Source of the DNA: Eledone cirrhosa
Lineage: Eukaryota
Assembly: GCA_964016885.1 (NCBI GenBank)
Contig: OZ024744.1
Coordinates: 63,240,001 to 63,304,000, forward strand
Direction: 5' to 3'
DNA: 64,000 bases
Part shown: positions 1-13,564 of the stretch, in pieces
How the letters are laid out: each line of letters opens with the position of its first letter
Numbering within the stretch: position 1 is the first letter of the stretch
Translations under genes and position numbers: made by a program
The notes under the pieces: model-generated
What the model saw: the letters and a program-made list of their open reading frames with translations, nothing else
Told to the model about the DNA's origin: nothing
Databases searched by the model: none

Positions 1-1177
1 ATTGGTCAACTCAAGGCAAAGTTGAAAACACCTTTACCTAAGGTACCATACACTGAGAACCTGAAAGCAAGTTATTGCAAAGCAAACTCCTTAACCACAC
101 AACCATGCCTATGTTTTTTTTTATGTACTAGGATTTTTTCCAACATGCTGACTGTGTATGCATATTTGAGTATATAAATATAAACTCGCAACACACACAC
201 ACTTACAAAAATATACACTCAGACATACATTCACACAAATACATACATTCACACACACACACACATTTACACAAACACAGTGTAGCAAATGTATCACCAG
301 CCACTTTTTTGCAATAGTTTTTGCACCATCCCCTTTTTACACGCACATACATTCACACAAACACACACATACACACATTGTGTGATGGCTGGATATCACT
401 CAAATTAATATATAGAGTTGTGAAGTTTATAAGAGCAACAGTTACAAAGTAGAACTGTTAAGAAAAGATTTTGAAAGTGCCAGATATGTCATACATGGCA
501 ATTTGAGTGGTAATAAACCATGCAGTGTTAAAGTGTTCTTGATATACTCTGTGAAATGGCTGGGGAGAACTGTTAATTTCAGCCACATCAAAGACATAAC
601 TACTTTATCTGCAATAAAATGTACCCGTTACACTCTGTAGAGTGGTAGGTGTTAGGAAGGGTATCCAGCTGTAGAACCCCTACCTAAAATATTGTCCTTC
701 CTTCAACCTTTCCAACCCATGCCACTATGGAAATTATCATCATCACTGTTTTACATTTGCCTTTCCATGTTTCCTTAGGTTAGTGACCCTTTTCCATCAC
801 ATTTTTTCATCATCTCCTTTATGAGGTTCAGCAATTTGAGATCCCTTCTACCCAGTTTTCCCTCAGTCTTCTTCTAATTCAGCTTCCTTCTACTGAGATC
901 TATTCACCCAACATCCATCAACCATACACATCACATGTTCATACCAATGCAATCTTTTCTCCCACATCCAACATCGGATTCTTCTTTTCCAAATTTTTCT
1001 CTCAGTTCCTTTGTCCTTAGTCTTTCATGCATGCTAACATTGCTCATCCATCAGAACATGCCCAATTTATTTCTGTCCAGTTTTTACTTATCCTCTGCAT
1101 TCACTGCCCATGACTTACTACTATGCAACATTGCCTTTTGCATGAATGTAAAATGATGTATAGAATGTGCATCTTTT

Positions 1178-1209
<32 letters not shown>

Positions 1210-1212
1210 CAG

Positions 1213-1255
1213 AAATCGTGCAGTGAAATAAAAGAAATTGTAGATGTATGTGAAA
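1213..1255 (+). CDS. Internal coding exon (43 nt, phase 0->1) of an unidentified gene, KSCSEIKEIVDVCE+A, upstream of the micro-exon array
   Basis: Long poly-T tract + CAG acceptor (AG 1211-1212) and perfect GTAAGT donor (1256-1261); open frame ending in phase 1, compatible with the phase-1 micro-exons downstream. Confidence 0.7.
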
Positions 1256-1282
1256 GTAAGTATTGACTGTTTATAAGATTAA

Positions 1283-3210
1283 CCCTTTAGTGTTGAAAGT
1301 ACCCGAAAACACTTACACTTAAATATCGTTCTAAAAATAAACAAACCATCATCAAAATTTCGTCAATTCGAGACTACTGCGAGATTAGGCCTTTACCGCA
1401 AAAATTAACACTTAATATATTGAAATAAGTTAAAGCAACACGTGTTTATTTAACTTTGACAGTGCAAGAAATTTTTTTTATCAACATGGCTTCTGAAAGT
1501 AGCGATACCGACTTTGAAGGTTTTACACAAGACAACATTCAGAATGAACAAGAAACAAAAGATAATATTAGTGATATATCATCAAATGAATCTGATGTTT
1601 ATATTTCTGAAATTTTGTCCGAAGATTGTTATTTTGAAAGTGAAAGCGAAGCAGATCTCCAGGGCGCCATTGAAGATGGCATCAAGGTGTGGGAACTCTG
1701 TGAATCGGACACAGGCTACTGTGTAAACTTTGATGTTTACACAGGAAAAAAACGCAACGGAGAGAGAAAATATGGCTTGGGGTACGATGTTGTGTGGTCT
1801 CTGACTGAACCCTTTCACTCTCAACATAGACACATATATTTTGATCGGTTTTTTTTTCTTCTTCAGTGCGCCTAGCAGAGGATCTTGCCCTCGTAAATAC
1901 GTACACCTGCGGTACAATAGGGAATTGCAAAGGGCTACCCCAAGAAATGAAAATAACAAAATTTAAAAAGGGAGGGGACAATCTCCAATTGCAAAAAGGG
2001 AACTTGTTAGCCACATTGTATAAAGACAAGCAGCAAATTTTGTTCCTATCGTCTAACCAAGAACCAGGAGTTGGGGCTGAAGGTAAACCTTTAGTCAACC
2101 TCTCCTATAATAAATATATGGGGGGGGGGGGGTTGACAAATCTGACCAATATTGCGCCTACTACCCAGTTGGACACCCTGGAAAGAAATGGTGGAGATAT
2201 ATCTTGTGGTTTTTAGTGAATTTAACCATTGTCAATTCTTTTATTGTATTCACTAAAAGCCACCAGGATCCGCCACCACCAAAGGATTACTGCCACATGA
2301 AATTTTGTGTAGACGTTGCCTCTCAGCTACGTGGAGGATATACTTCTCACAAACACACAGCTGGAAGAAAGTCAAAATTATCTGAGGTGAACAAAGAAAA
2401 TATTCATTTTCACAAAGTGGAGAAAATTAATGGGAGGAAGAAGGTTTGCCGAATGTGCTCTTTGCAAAAGAGAAAAACTGTTAAAGGTTATGGAATTCAA
2501 ACCACGTTTATGTGTTCTTTTTGCAAAGTGCCATTATGTAACGGCTGTTTTGGCCAATATCATGATAGAAATATTGTCTGACAATATTGAAAAAAATATA
2601 TTGGAACACATTAGATACAAAAACACCTAAATTCACCTGTGTCACACCTGCATCACACCTGTTAATGAACTTATATATTGGGCACATTCTGTTATATAAA
2701 TCTACTCAGTACATTGAGTAAGAGTACATTGCCAATATTATTTTGACTGGTGAAAGAGTTTTATACATTTTTTTTCAATGAAAATATTTGCATGAAATGT
2801 AGCGACAGATTAAAACCGTGTACTGATTATACCTGAATTTTAAATTAATTCACCTGTTCGGAAAAGTGCTAAAATTGCTGGAAATCAACATCTAGGTCAT
2901 TGTTGGATATTCTTTGTAACAAATCTAGCAGGTAAGTCAGAAAGTTTTAATTTTTGTGTTTATCCATAAAGTCATTACTTTTACACCTGTTAATTAATTT
3001 CACCTGCCCATAAAAGTCAAATTTAACAAAAAAAAAAATCTGTAAAATTATTGATATTTTAACATCTACTGACAAAATTTCAAGTCTGCACATAGAAAAT
3101 TAAGAAAATTACAAACAAATGAAATTGATAACCCTCTTGAGTATGATTAACTCAAAATAAATGTGAACAGATAAGCATGACATTTGAAAATTAATGCGAA
3201 TGCTAAAGGG
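1283..3210 (+). mobile_element. Internally deleted piggyBac DNA transposon (intronic)
   Basis: TTAA at 1279-1282 and 3211-3214; ends CCCTTTAG...CTAAAGGG; contains piggyBac transposase fragments. Confidence 0.9.
1486..2581 (+). pseudogene. Frameshifted, deleted piggyBac transposase
   Basis: Acidic N-terminus, GIKVWELCESDTGYCVNFDVYTGK, IYFDRFF, YNKYMGG, and a C-terminal Cys-rich domain (CRMC...CSFCKVPLCNGCFGQYH) split over several frames at homopolymer runs. Confidence 0.88.
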
Positions 3211-3609
3211 TTAAGTACAATGTTAAATGCGGCATTGATTGTAGGATAAAATTGCTAGACTATTGATGTGTTAGGTCTAGGCCCTACCACTGGTTCTCTG
3301 TTGCGAGCATAAGGACTGTACATAACTCTTAGTTGAATAGAAAAGATAATTTTTAATTCTTTTGACACCAACCTGCCTGAAACCATTTTGGTTTTAATAT
3401 ACAAAATGGCCCATTTTTAAGTGATCATCATCATTCATCATTTCATTTAACGTCCACTTTTTCCCTGCTTGCAAGGGTGGGATGGGAACTGATTCTGGCT
3501 TGATTTCTACAGCTGGATGCCCTTCCTAACACCAACCTCATTTACAGTGAGTGCTGGGTGCTTTTTTGCCGTGGCACCTGCACGACCACTTTGCAGTGGA
3601 ATGATATGG

Positions 3610-3770
3610 ACCCCAGTCCCTATCATCTCATTTCTACAGCTGAGTAAACTGGAGCAATGTGAAATAAAGTGTCTTGCTCAAGGAAACAACACATCACCCG
3701 GTCTGAGAATTGAACTCACAACCTTTCGATTGCAAGGCCAATGCTCTAACCACTAAGCCATGTGCCTCCA
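3610..3770 (-). mobile_element. tRNA-derived (CORE-like) SINE; related copies ~4405-4560 (+), ~47680-47840 (-) and remnants in the array introns
   Basis: Reverse strand shows box A/box B-like head (tggcttagtggttagagc...gagttcaattc) followed by tgtgttgtttccttgagcaagacacttt. Confidence 0.6.
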
Positions 3771-5691
3771 TTGGATATGTGTATTAAAAGTTTTCATAAT
3801 ATGAAATGAAGTACCTTGCTCAAGGATACCATGTACTTTGATCCTTATGATCCTTATGATCATGACCCCCAACACTTTAACTGCTAGTAACTTATAATAT
3901 CTTAAATTACATAAATTACTTCTTGAGAAACTTAGATTAATTCAGCAAACCTTAACATATTCAATACCCAATAACTTAGCTAATCAATATATAAATGACG
4001 TTAGCTAAATGTTTTGTTTGCTTGTTTTTTTACACTGTCATTTCTGCCTATGTGGACATGTGACTTTTTCTCTCTCCTCCCTTAATTGTATACTGCTGAA
4101 ATAGGCATATCTATATAGATATGCCTATGTGGTTAAATTCACTTTGCAATCACATGGTTTTCAGTTTAATCCCACTGTGGCTTTTTCTCTCCACTCTTAT
4201 CTGTATACTGTTGTTAGTTTCACTTTGTGGTTGAGTCCATGAGTTTCTGGGTTCAGTCATGCTGCATGGCACTATGTGCAAATATCTTCTACTATAGCCT
4301 TGGGTTGACTGTCTTGTGAGTGAAATTTGGTAGATAGATGAAAACTACAGAAATGCATAATGTGTGTATGTAGATGGTAGTGAAGTGTGCGTGTGTGTTT
4401 GAAGATGCCTGGCTTAGTAGTTAGGGTGTTTGGCTCATGGTTGTATGATTGTGAGTTTGATTCCTAGACCAGGCGGCACATTGTGTCCTTGAGGAAGACC
4501 CTTTTATTCCTCGATGCTACAAACCATTCAGCTGGCGAAGATAAGTTGTACCTATAATTTCAAAAATCAGCCATGTCGCATACTGGCATGTTAAATACAT
4601 CTCAGAATTACGTTAAGTGTACACGTTACAATGGCATGCTCAGCCACTTGCACATTAATTCTATGAACAAGTTGTTCCATTAGAACACTCATCATTGGAA
4701 CTAACACACACATTTGTGTGTGTGTGTTCAAGTTCTTTACTGTCTGTTTGTTTGCTGTAAATTAACAATTTGACAAAGCCATCAATAAAATAAGTTCCAG
4801 ACACGAAAAATAAATAGTGGGATTAATGTGATCAACTAAATCTCTTCAATGCAGTGTCCTAACATGGACACAGCCTAATTACTGAATTCAGTAAACGAAT
4901 AAGAGAAAGTATTCAAACTAAAGAAAAGTAATGTTTGTTTAACTCTTTAGCATTTAAACCAGTCGTATCTGGCCAGAATTCTTTCATCTCTTTCTATTCA
5001 AACCGGCCATAACTGGCCACTGATACTGACGTTAAGGTATTGTTCTCAAAATAAATATCAAGAGCTCAGATTCAATATTATGTGAAATACAAGTATATAC
5101 TGTGGAAATATATAGACAGTCATCATCATCATCATCATAAGATAAGTTTTGTTTACTTTTTCTTAAATCATAGCATATTTCAACTTTTATATTTTGGTAA
5201 ACTAATTATGAGAATAAATTATTTGTGATATTATTATTCATACACTAATTAAATATAAGAATCCTGTGTTTGGTTTCTCAATTCTACTAAATATTTTGCT
5301 CTTCAAATCGTTCTATTGATAATATAGAAAAAGACTGAAAAGTGTGCTAGGATTTAATTAAGTAGAGGATGTACAGTGAGGAAATAAGGGGTGGGAGTGG
5401 TCAAGGATAGTGCAGAGGGATGAAAAGAATAGTTACTAAAGAGTTACGACAAGAGTAGTGGGATTTGCCATTTAAGCATTAGTGGAAGTGATCTTGAAAT
5501 ACTGTTTTTTCAGTATATCAAGTGTTATTAAATGGTGTGATGATTGTTGGTGGAAATTGAGGTGTTACCTACTCTTTAATTTCTCTCAGGGATGTAGATG
5601 GGGTTTAGGAACTATTGGAACACTAAAAAGATGCTATAAACCTCCATATCTATCACTGTTAATGAAATATTTTTTTATATTATTATTGCAG

Positions 5692-5724
5692 GTATTCTGG
5701 TGAAGAAAAAGAAAAAGACAAATG
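5692..5724 (+). CDS. Micro-exon 1 (33 nt): (S)ILVKKKKKTN
   Basis: ttgcAG acceptor, GTTAGT donor, symmetric phase 1, no stop. Confidence 0.75.
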
Positions 5725-6502
5725 GTTAGTTTAGTCATCGTCATCATCACTGTTTTATATTTGTTTTCCAGTGTTGTAGGTTGGTCAGGTTATCGCCTAC
5801 CGTGACTAAGCAGGCCAGATGACCACGTCTTGCTCAGATGTTCCATTTTGGCATTTTCTACAGCTTGATGTCTTTCCTAATGTCACCCATTTTACAGTGT
5901 GTACCGGGTGTGTTTTATTATGGTAACAACACTACCACTTTACAGAGTGGGTTGATTTTGTTGTAGCACCAGCACTAACACTTTAGTGTGGACTGGGTAC
6001 ATTTTCTTTTGGCAACAGCACTAGCACTTTATAGAGTGGACTGTGTGCATTTTATCATGGCACCAATACTACCACTTTATAGTGAGGAAGTGTTGTTGGT
6101 CATTCACTCATCTGAAGAATCCTCTCTACCCTATGTAAGGTAGAATGCAGGTATAAAAAGGGTGACAAGTGTAAAGTCCTGAGTGCATGGCAAGCATGAT
6201 GGGATTTGGGAAGGTAAAATGAGTGAGACAAGGGTTGGAAGTGATCAGTCGGGTGCCATGATGAAAAGTATCGTTACTAAAAAGCTATGACAAGTGTGGT
6301 TGGATTTAACGGTGTATGGGTTAGTGGAAGAGTATTGAAATATAGAAAAACTATATTTCAAGATGAGTTGGTGGAAATTGAAGTGTTCCCTACTATTTAG
6401 TTTCTCAGGGATGTAGATGGAGGTTTATAGTATCTTTCTAACTTTTATCTTACAGATTAACCCCATTTCTATCACTGTTAATGAAATATTTTATTCTTGC
6501 AG

Positions 6503-6538
6503 ATTTTCTAGTGAAGAAAAAGAATAAGAAAAATAAAG
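6503..6538 (+). CDS. Micro-exon 2 (36 nt): (D)FLVKKKNKKNK
   Basis: cttgcAG / GTTAGT; phase 1 open, phase 2 has TAA. Confidence 0.75.
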
Positions 6539-6987
6539 GTTAGTTTACAAAATCATTATCAATGTTTTATATTTGTTTTCCACAGTATTGTAGGTTGTTC
6601 AGGTTGTCACATACTAAGACTAGGCTCCTTTTTGGCATGGTTTCTATAGTTAGATGTTTTTCCTAATACCAACCATTTTACAGTGTGTACTTTCTGCATT
6701 TCTTCATGGCACCGGCACTACCACTTTACAGAATATACTGGGTGTGTTTTATCATACCACCAGGACTACCACTTTACAGTGTACTGAGTGCATTTTATTA
6801 TGGCACTATCAGTAGTGAGGTTGTTGGTATTCTGCTGGAGATGTGTTCTGACACCACTGGAATCAAGGGATATAAATGGAGGTTTATAGCATCTTTCCAA
6901 CTGATACCTTCCAGATTTTAACATTCCCTAGTTCCTAAACTCTGCGCTATCACTCTTAATAAAATATTTTTTATTTTATTATTGCAG

Positions 6988-7023
6988 GTATTCTGAAGAT
7001 GAAGAAAAAAATGAAAGATAAAG
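6988..7023 (+). CDS. Micro-exon 3 (36 nt): (G)ILKMKKKMKDK
   Basis: attgcAG / GTTAGT; phase 1 open. Confidence 0.75.
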
Positions 7024-7813
7024 GTTAGTTTACAAAGTCATCATCACTATTTTATATATTTCTAGTGGAAAACTACCACATTACAAAGAGGAGCAGAACA
7101 CCTAATTGTTAGAGTGGGCTGAGTGGATTTTGTTGTGGCACCAACACTATTACTTTACACATTAAAAAGTGGATCTGGATAGATTTTATTGTGATACTAG
7201 CATTGCCACTTTACAGAGTAGACTGGATGTGTTTTATTATAGCACTAGCAGTAGTGAGGTTGTTGGTCACTCACTCCACTGAAGAATCCTTTCTATTTTA
7301 TGTAAGGAACAATAAGGTAACCATGTTTAGTGAAATGGTATGGATGTAAGAAGGGTGACAAGTATGAATTCATGAGTATATGACAAGTGTGGTGAGATTT
7401 GGCAAGCTGAAGTGATTGGGACAAGTTGGAAGTGATCAGTGAGATACTGTGATAAGAAGTTACTAAAGAGTTATAAGAATTGAAAGTGTATGACTTAGTG
7501 GTTAAAGCTTTGGATTCAAAATCATAAGCTTGTGAATTTGATTCCCAGGCTGAGCAGTGCCTTGTCTCTGAGCAAGATACTTTACTTCATGTTATTCCAG
7601 TTCACTCTACTGGAAATGTATTCTAACATCACTGGAGCCAAGGGATGTAGATGGCGGTTTATAGCATCTTTCCAATCTATCAGTCGGTGACTTCCATTGG
7701 CTTCACCAGTCTCCACATGGCTTGCCTTGGCATCTTACAGATTTTACCATACTCCTAGTTCCTAAACCCCATATCTATCATTGTTAACAAAATATTTTTT
7801 ATTGTTATTTTAG

Positions 7814-7855
7814 ATATTCTGTTGAAGATAAAGAACAATATAGAGAAACATAATG
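7814..7855 (+). CDS. Micro-exon 4 (42 nt): (D)ILLKIKNNIEKHN
   Basis: ttttAG / GTTAGT; phase 1 open, phase 2 has TAA. Confidence 0.72.
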
Positions 7856-8839
7856 GTTAGTTTACAAAACCATCATCATCGTCATCATCGCTTTTATATT
7901 TGTTTTCCACAGTGGCGTAGACTGGTCTGGTTATCACCTACTGAGACTAGGCAGGTCAGTTGATCACATCTTGCTCAGATGTTCCATTTTGGCATGGTTG
8001 GCATTAACAAACATCCAGCTGTAGAAAATATTTTACAGTGTGTACTTTGTGCATTTTCTTGTGGCACCAACACAACTTTACAATGTTAACTGGGTCTATT
8101 TTATCATGGTACCAGCACTACCACATTGCTAAGTGGATAACACACGGTATGGATATAAGAAGGGTGACAATAAAGTCAATGACACACGACCGTGACTTCT
8201 GGCGTCACGCAGTAATACAGGGTACCCGACCTCCCATGGGTACATGCTGAAGCATATAAACAATATGCCCCCCCCCCCCCCCCACCGCAAGGTGGCCGTG
8301 GAGGTGCCACGGCAAAAAAGCACCCAGCCCACACTGTAAAGTGGACGTGTAGGCGCCACGAAAAAGCACCCAGCACTCACTGTAAATGAGGTTGGTGTTA
8401 GGAAGGGCATCCAGCTGTAGAAATCAAGCCAGATCAGTTCCTGTATGAGCAAGGCATGGTCAGCCGACCAGACACTGCCCACAACAGGACAACCTGTCTA
8501 ACCCATGCTAGCGTGGAAGAACGGACGTAAAACGGTGATGATGATAACATCATTGCAGCACAATTACTTGAAAGAATGGGCTCAGTGGATTTTGTTGTGG
8601 CACCAACACTATTACTTTACTGTGTGAATAAGGTGTAGTTTATCATGGCACTAGCACTTCCACTAAACAGTGCATTAGGTAAAGCAGATGAATATTTAAA
8701 GCATCTTTCCAATCTATTGGCCTTTGGCTTCATCAGGCTCCACGTGGCTTGACTTGTCATCTTACAGATTTTACCATTCCCCTAGTTCCTAAACCTATCA
8801 CTATTAATGAAATATTTATTATTATTATTATTATTGCAG

Positions 8840-8881
8840 ATATTCTGATGAAGATGAAGAAAAAAATGGAGAAAGATACAG
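8840..8881 (+). CDS. Micro-exon 5 (42 nt): (D)ILMKMKKKMEKDT
   Basis: ttgcAG / GTTAGT; phase 1 open. Confidence 0.75.
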
Positions 8882-9518
8882 GTTAGTTTACAAAGCCATC
8901 ATCATATCTTTTTCACAGTGGCGTAGGTTGGTCTGGTTGTCACCTAGTAAGACCAGGCAGGCCAAATGACCACATCTTGCTCAGATTTTCCATTTTGGCA
9001 TGGTTTCTACAGCTGGATGTCTCTTCTTAATGCCAATTATTTTACAGTGTGTATTTGTGCAATTTATTGTGGCGCCAGCACTACCACATTACAATGTTAA
9101 CTGGGTATATTTTATCATGGCACCATCACTACCATGTTACAAAGTGGACTAAGTTGATATTATCATGGCAGTACAACTACTTGATAGTGGGCTGAGTGGA
9201 TTTTGTTGTGGCATCAACACTATTACTTTAGCGTATGAACTAGGTGCAGTTTATAATGACACCAGCACTTCCACTTCACGGTGGATTAGTTAAAGCATTA
9301 GATTCAAAATCATAAGGTTATAAATATGATTCCCAGGCTGGGCATGTAACTCCAGTTCACTTTGTTGCAAATGGGTTCCAAAGTCACTGGAGCCAAGGGA
9401 TGTAAATGGATGTTTATAGGATCTTTCTGATACCTTTCAGACTTTACCATTTCATTAGTTCCTAAACTCCATGTCTATCACTTGTTAAACAAATATTTTT
9501 TTTATTTTATTCTTGCAG

Positions 9519-9554
9519 ATATTCTGGTGAAGAAAAAGAAAGCAAAAGATAATG
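9519..9554 (+). CDS. Micro-exon 6 (36 nt): (D)ILVKKKKAKDN
   Basis: cttgcAG / GTTAGT; phase 1 open. Confidence 0.75.
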
Positions 9555-10630
9555 GTTAGTTTAGTCATCATCATCATCATCATCACTGCTTTATATTTAT
9601 TTTCCACAGTGGAGTAGGTTGGTCAGGTTGTCACATTCTGAAACTAGGCAGGTCAGATGACTACATCTTGCTCAGATGTTCCATTTTGGCATGGCTTCTA
9701 CAGTTTGATGACTTTCCTAATGCCAACCATTTTACAGTGTGGATTTTATTGTGGCATTAGCACTAACACTTTACAGTGTGAACCTAGTATATTCTATCTT
9801 AGTACCAGCACCATCGCCTCATGGTGTGAACTGGGTATGTTTTATCATGGCACCAGCACTACCACATTACAAAGTGGGCTAAGTGGATAGTATCATGGCA
9901 GCACAACTACTTGATAGTGGGTTGGGTGGATTTTGTTGTGGCACCAACACTATTACTGTGTGAATATGGTGTATTTTATCATTGCACCAGCACTTCCACA
10001 TTCAAAAGTGGATCTGGATAGATTTTATTGTGATACTAGCATTGCCACTTTACAGAGTAGACTGAATATGTTTTATTATAGCACTAGCAGTAGTGAGGTT
10101 GTTGGTCACTCACTCCACTGAAGAATCCTTACTATTTTATGTAAGGAACAGTAAGGTAACCATGTTTAGGGAATTGGTATGGATATAAGAAGGGTGACAA
10201 GTATGAATTCATGAGTATATAACAAGTGTGATGAGATTTGGCAAGCTGAAGTGATTGGGACAGGTTGGAAGTGATCAGTGAGATACTGTGATAAGAAGTT
10301 ACTAAAGAGTTATAAGAATTGAAGGTGTATGACTTAGTGGTTAAAGCTTTGGATTCAAAATCATAAGCTTGTGAATTTGATTCCCAGGCTGAGCAGTGCC
10401 TTGTCTCTGAGCAAGATACTTTACTTCATGTTATTCCAGTTCACTCTACTGGAAATGTATTCTAACATCACTGGAGCCAAGGGATGTAGATGGAAGTTTA
10501 TAGCACCTTTCCAATATATTGGTCACCAGTCTCCACCTGGCTTGCTTTGGCATCTTACAGATTTTACCATTTCCCTTAGATTCCCATTTCTATCACTTAA
10601 TGGAATATTTTTTTTATTTTACTCTTGCAG

Positions 10631-10666
10631 ATATTCTAGTGAAAAAAAAGAAAGTGAAAGATAATG
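10631..10666 (+). CDS. Micro-exon 7 (36 nt): (D)ILVKKKKVKDN
   Basis: cttgcAG / GTTAGT; phase 1 open. Confidence 0.75.
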
Positions 10667-11365
10667 GTTAGTTTGCAAAGTCGTTATCACTGTTTTATAT
10701 TTGTTTTTGCAGAGTGGTATTGGTTGGTCAGGTTATCACCTACCGAGACTAAGCAGGCCAGATGATCACGTCTTGGTCAGATGATCCATTTTGGCATGGA
10801 TTCTACAGCTTGATGTCCCTTCCTAATGCCAAGCATTTTATTGTGGTACCAGTACTAACACTTTACATGTACTAGGTGTGTTTTATATTAGTAGCAGCAC
10901 TACCACTTTACAGAGTGAACTTGGTGTATTTTATCATTGCACCAATACTACCACATTACAAAATGGGCTCAGTGGATAGTATCATAGCAGCACAACTACT
11001 TGATAGTGGGCTGAGTGGATTTTGTTGTGGCACCAACACTTACTTTACTGTGTGAACTTGGTGTATTTTATCATGGCACCAGCACTTCCACTTTAAAAAG
11101 TTTTTAGTTAAAGCTTTGGATTCAAAATCATAAGGTTATGAATTTGATTTCCAGACTGAACAGTCCATTGTCTGTGAGCAAGATACTTTTTGTGTAACTC
11201 CAGTTCACTTTGCTGCAAATGGGTTCCAATGTCACTGGAGCCAAGGGATGTAAATGGATGTTTATAGGATCTTTCTGATACCTTTCAGACTTTACCATTC
11301 CACTAGTTCCTAAACTCCATGTCTATCACTTGTTAAACAAATATTTTTTTTTTTTATTCTTGCAG

Positions 11366-11401
11366 ATATTCTGGTGAAGAAAAAGAAAGCGAAAGATAAT
11401 G
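11366..11401 (+). CDS. Micro-exon 8 (36 nt): (D)ILVKKKKAKDN
   Basis: cttgcAG / GTTAGT; phase 1 open. Confidence 0.75.
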
Positions 11402-12083
11402 GTTAGTTTACAAAGTCATCATCATCATCATCATCATCAATGCTTTATATTTGTTTTCCACAGTGGAGTAGGTTGGTCTAGTTGTCACATTCTAAGACTA
11501 GGCAGGCCAGATGTCTGTCTTGGTCAGATGTTGCATTTTGGCAGTTTCTAAAGCTGGATGTCCCTTCCTAACACCAAGCATTTTAAAGTGTGTATTTTGT
11601 GCATTTTATCATGGCACCATCATTACCTCATTACAAAGTGGACTAAGTTGATATTATCATAGCAGCACAATTACTTGATAGAATGAGCTGAGTGTATTTT
11701 GTTGTGGGACCAACTCTATTACTTTACTGAATGAATAAGGTGTATTTTATAATGCCACCAGCACTTCCACTAAACAGTGGATTAGGTAAAGCATTGGATT
11801 CAAAATCATGATGTTATGAATTTGATTCCCAGGCTGGGCAGTGCATTGTCTGTGAGCAAGATACTTTACTTCGTGTTACTCCAGTTCACTCTGCTGGAAA
11901 TGTGTTCTGACACCGCTGGAGCCAAGTGATATAGATGGTGGTTTTAGCATCTTTACAATCAATCAGGCGGTGGCTTGCTTTGGCTTCACCAGTCTCCACC
12001 TTGTTTGCCTTAGCATCGTACAGATTTTACCGTTCCCCATTTCTATCACTGTTAATGAAATATTTTTTATTTTATTCTTGCAG

Positions 12084-12122
12084 ATATTCTGGTGAAAAAA
12101 AAGAAGAAAGTGAAAGATAATG
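12084..12122 (+). CDS. Micro-exon 9 (39 nt): (D)ILVKKKKKVKDN
   Basis: cttgcAG / GTTAGT; phase 1 open. Confidence 0.75.
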
Positions 12123-12828
12123 GTTAGTTTAATCATCATCATCATCACTGCTTTATATTTGTTTTCCAGAGTAGTGTAGGTTGGTCAGGTTGTCAATATA
12201 GAGACTAGGCAGGCCAGGTGACCACGTCTTGGTCAGATGGTCCATTTTGGCATGGGTTCTACAGCTGGATGCCCCTTCCTAATGCCAACCATTTTAAAGT
12301 ATGTATTTTTTTGTGGTACCAGCACTACCACTTTACGTGTACTAGGTGTCTTTTATATTAGTACTAACACTTAACAAAGTTAATTAGATATATTTTATCA
12401 TGGCACCAATACTACCACATTACAAAATGGGCTCAGTGGATAGTATCATAGCAACACAACTACTTGATAGTGGGCTGAGTGGATTTTGTTGTGGCACCAA
12501 CACTTACTTTACTGTGTGAACTTGGTGTATTTTATCATGGCACCAGCACTTTCACTTTAAAAAGTTTTTAGTTAAAGCTTTGGATTCAAAATCATAAGGT
12601 TATGAATTTGATTTCCAGGCTGGACAGTCCATTGTCTGTGAGCAAGATACTTTTTGTGTAACTCCAGTTCACTTTGTTGCAAATGGGTTCCAAAGTCACT
12701 GGAGCCAAGGGATGTAAATGGATGTTTATAGGATCTTTCTGATACCTTTCAGACTTTACCATTCCACTAGTTCCTAAACTCCATGTCTATCACTTGTTAA
12801 ACAAATATTTTTTATTTTATTCTTGCAG

Positions 12829-12864
12829 ATATTCTGGTGAAGAAAAAGAAAGCGAAAGATAATG
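12829..12864 (+). CDS. Micro-exon 10 (36 nt): (D)ILVKKKKAKDN
   Basis: cttgcAG / GTTAGT; phase 1 open. Confidence 0.75.
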
Positions 12865-13525
12865 GTTAGTTTACAAAGTCATCATCATCATCATCATCGT
12901 CATCATCAATGCTTTATATTTGTTTTCCACAGTGGAGTAGGTTGGTCTGGTTGTCACATTCTGAGACTAGGCAGGCCAGATGTCCGTCTTGGTCAGATGT
13001 TCCATTTTGGCAGTTTCTAAAGCTGGATGTCCCTTCCTAATGCCAAGCATTTTAAAGTGTGTATTTTGTGCATTTTATCATGGCACCATCATTACCTCAT
13101 TACAAAGTGGACTAAGTTGATAGAATGAGCTGAGTGTATTTTGTTGTGGGACCAACTCTATTACTTTACTGAATGAATAAGGTGTATTTTATAATGCCAC
13201 CAGCACTTCCACTAAACAGTGGATTAGGTAAAGCATTGGATTCAAAATCATGATGTTATGAATTTGATTCCCAGGCTGGGCAGTGCATTGTCTGTGAGCA
13301 AGATACTTTACTTCGTGTTACTCCAGTTCACTCTGCTGGAAATGTGTTCTGACACCACTGGAGCCAAGTGATATAGATGGTGGTTTTAGCATCTTTACAA
13401 TCAATCAGGCGGTGGCTTGCTTTGGCTTCACCAGTCTCCACCTTGCTTGCCTTAGCATCGTACAGATTTTACCGTTCCCCATTTCTATCACTGTTAATGA
13501 AATATTTTTTATTTTATTCTTGCAG

Positions 13526-13564
13526 ATATTCTGGTGAAAAAAAAGAAGAAAGTGAAAGCTAATG
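13526..13564 (+). CDS. Micro-exon 11 (39 nt): (D)ILVKKKKKVKAN
   Basis: cttgcAG / GTTAGT; phase 1 open. Confidence 0.75.

Noticed and set aside
4405-4480. tRNA gene
   Set aside because: Box A/B-like motifs only; it continues into a SINE body and forms no convincing cloverleaf
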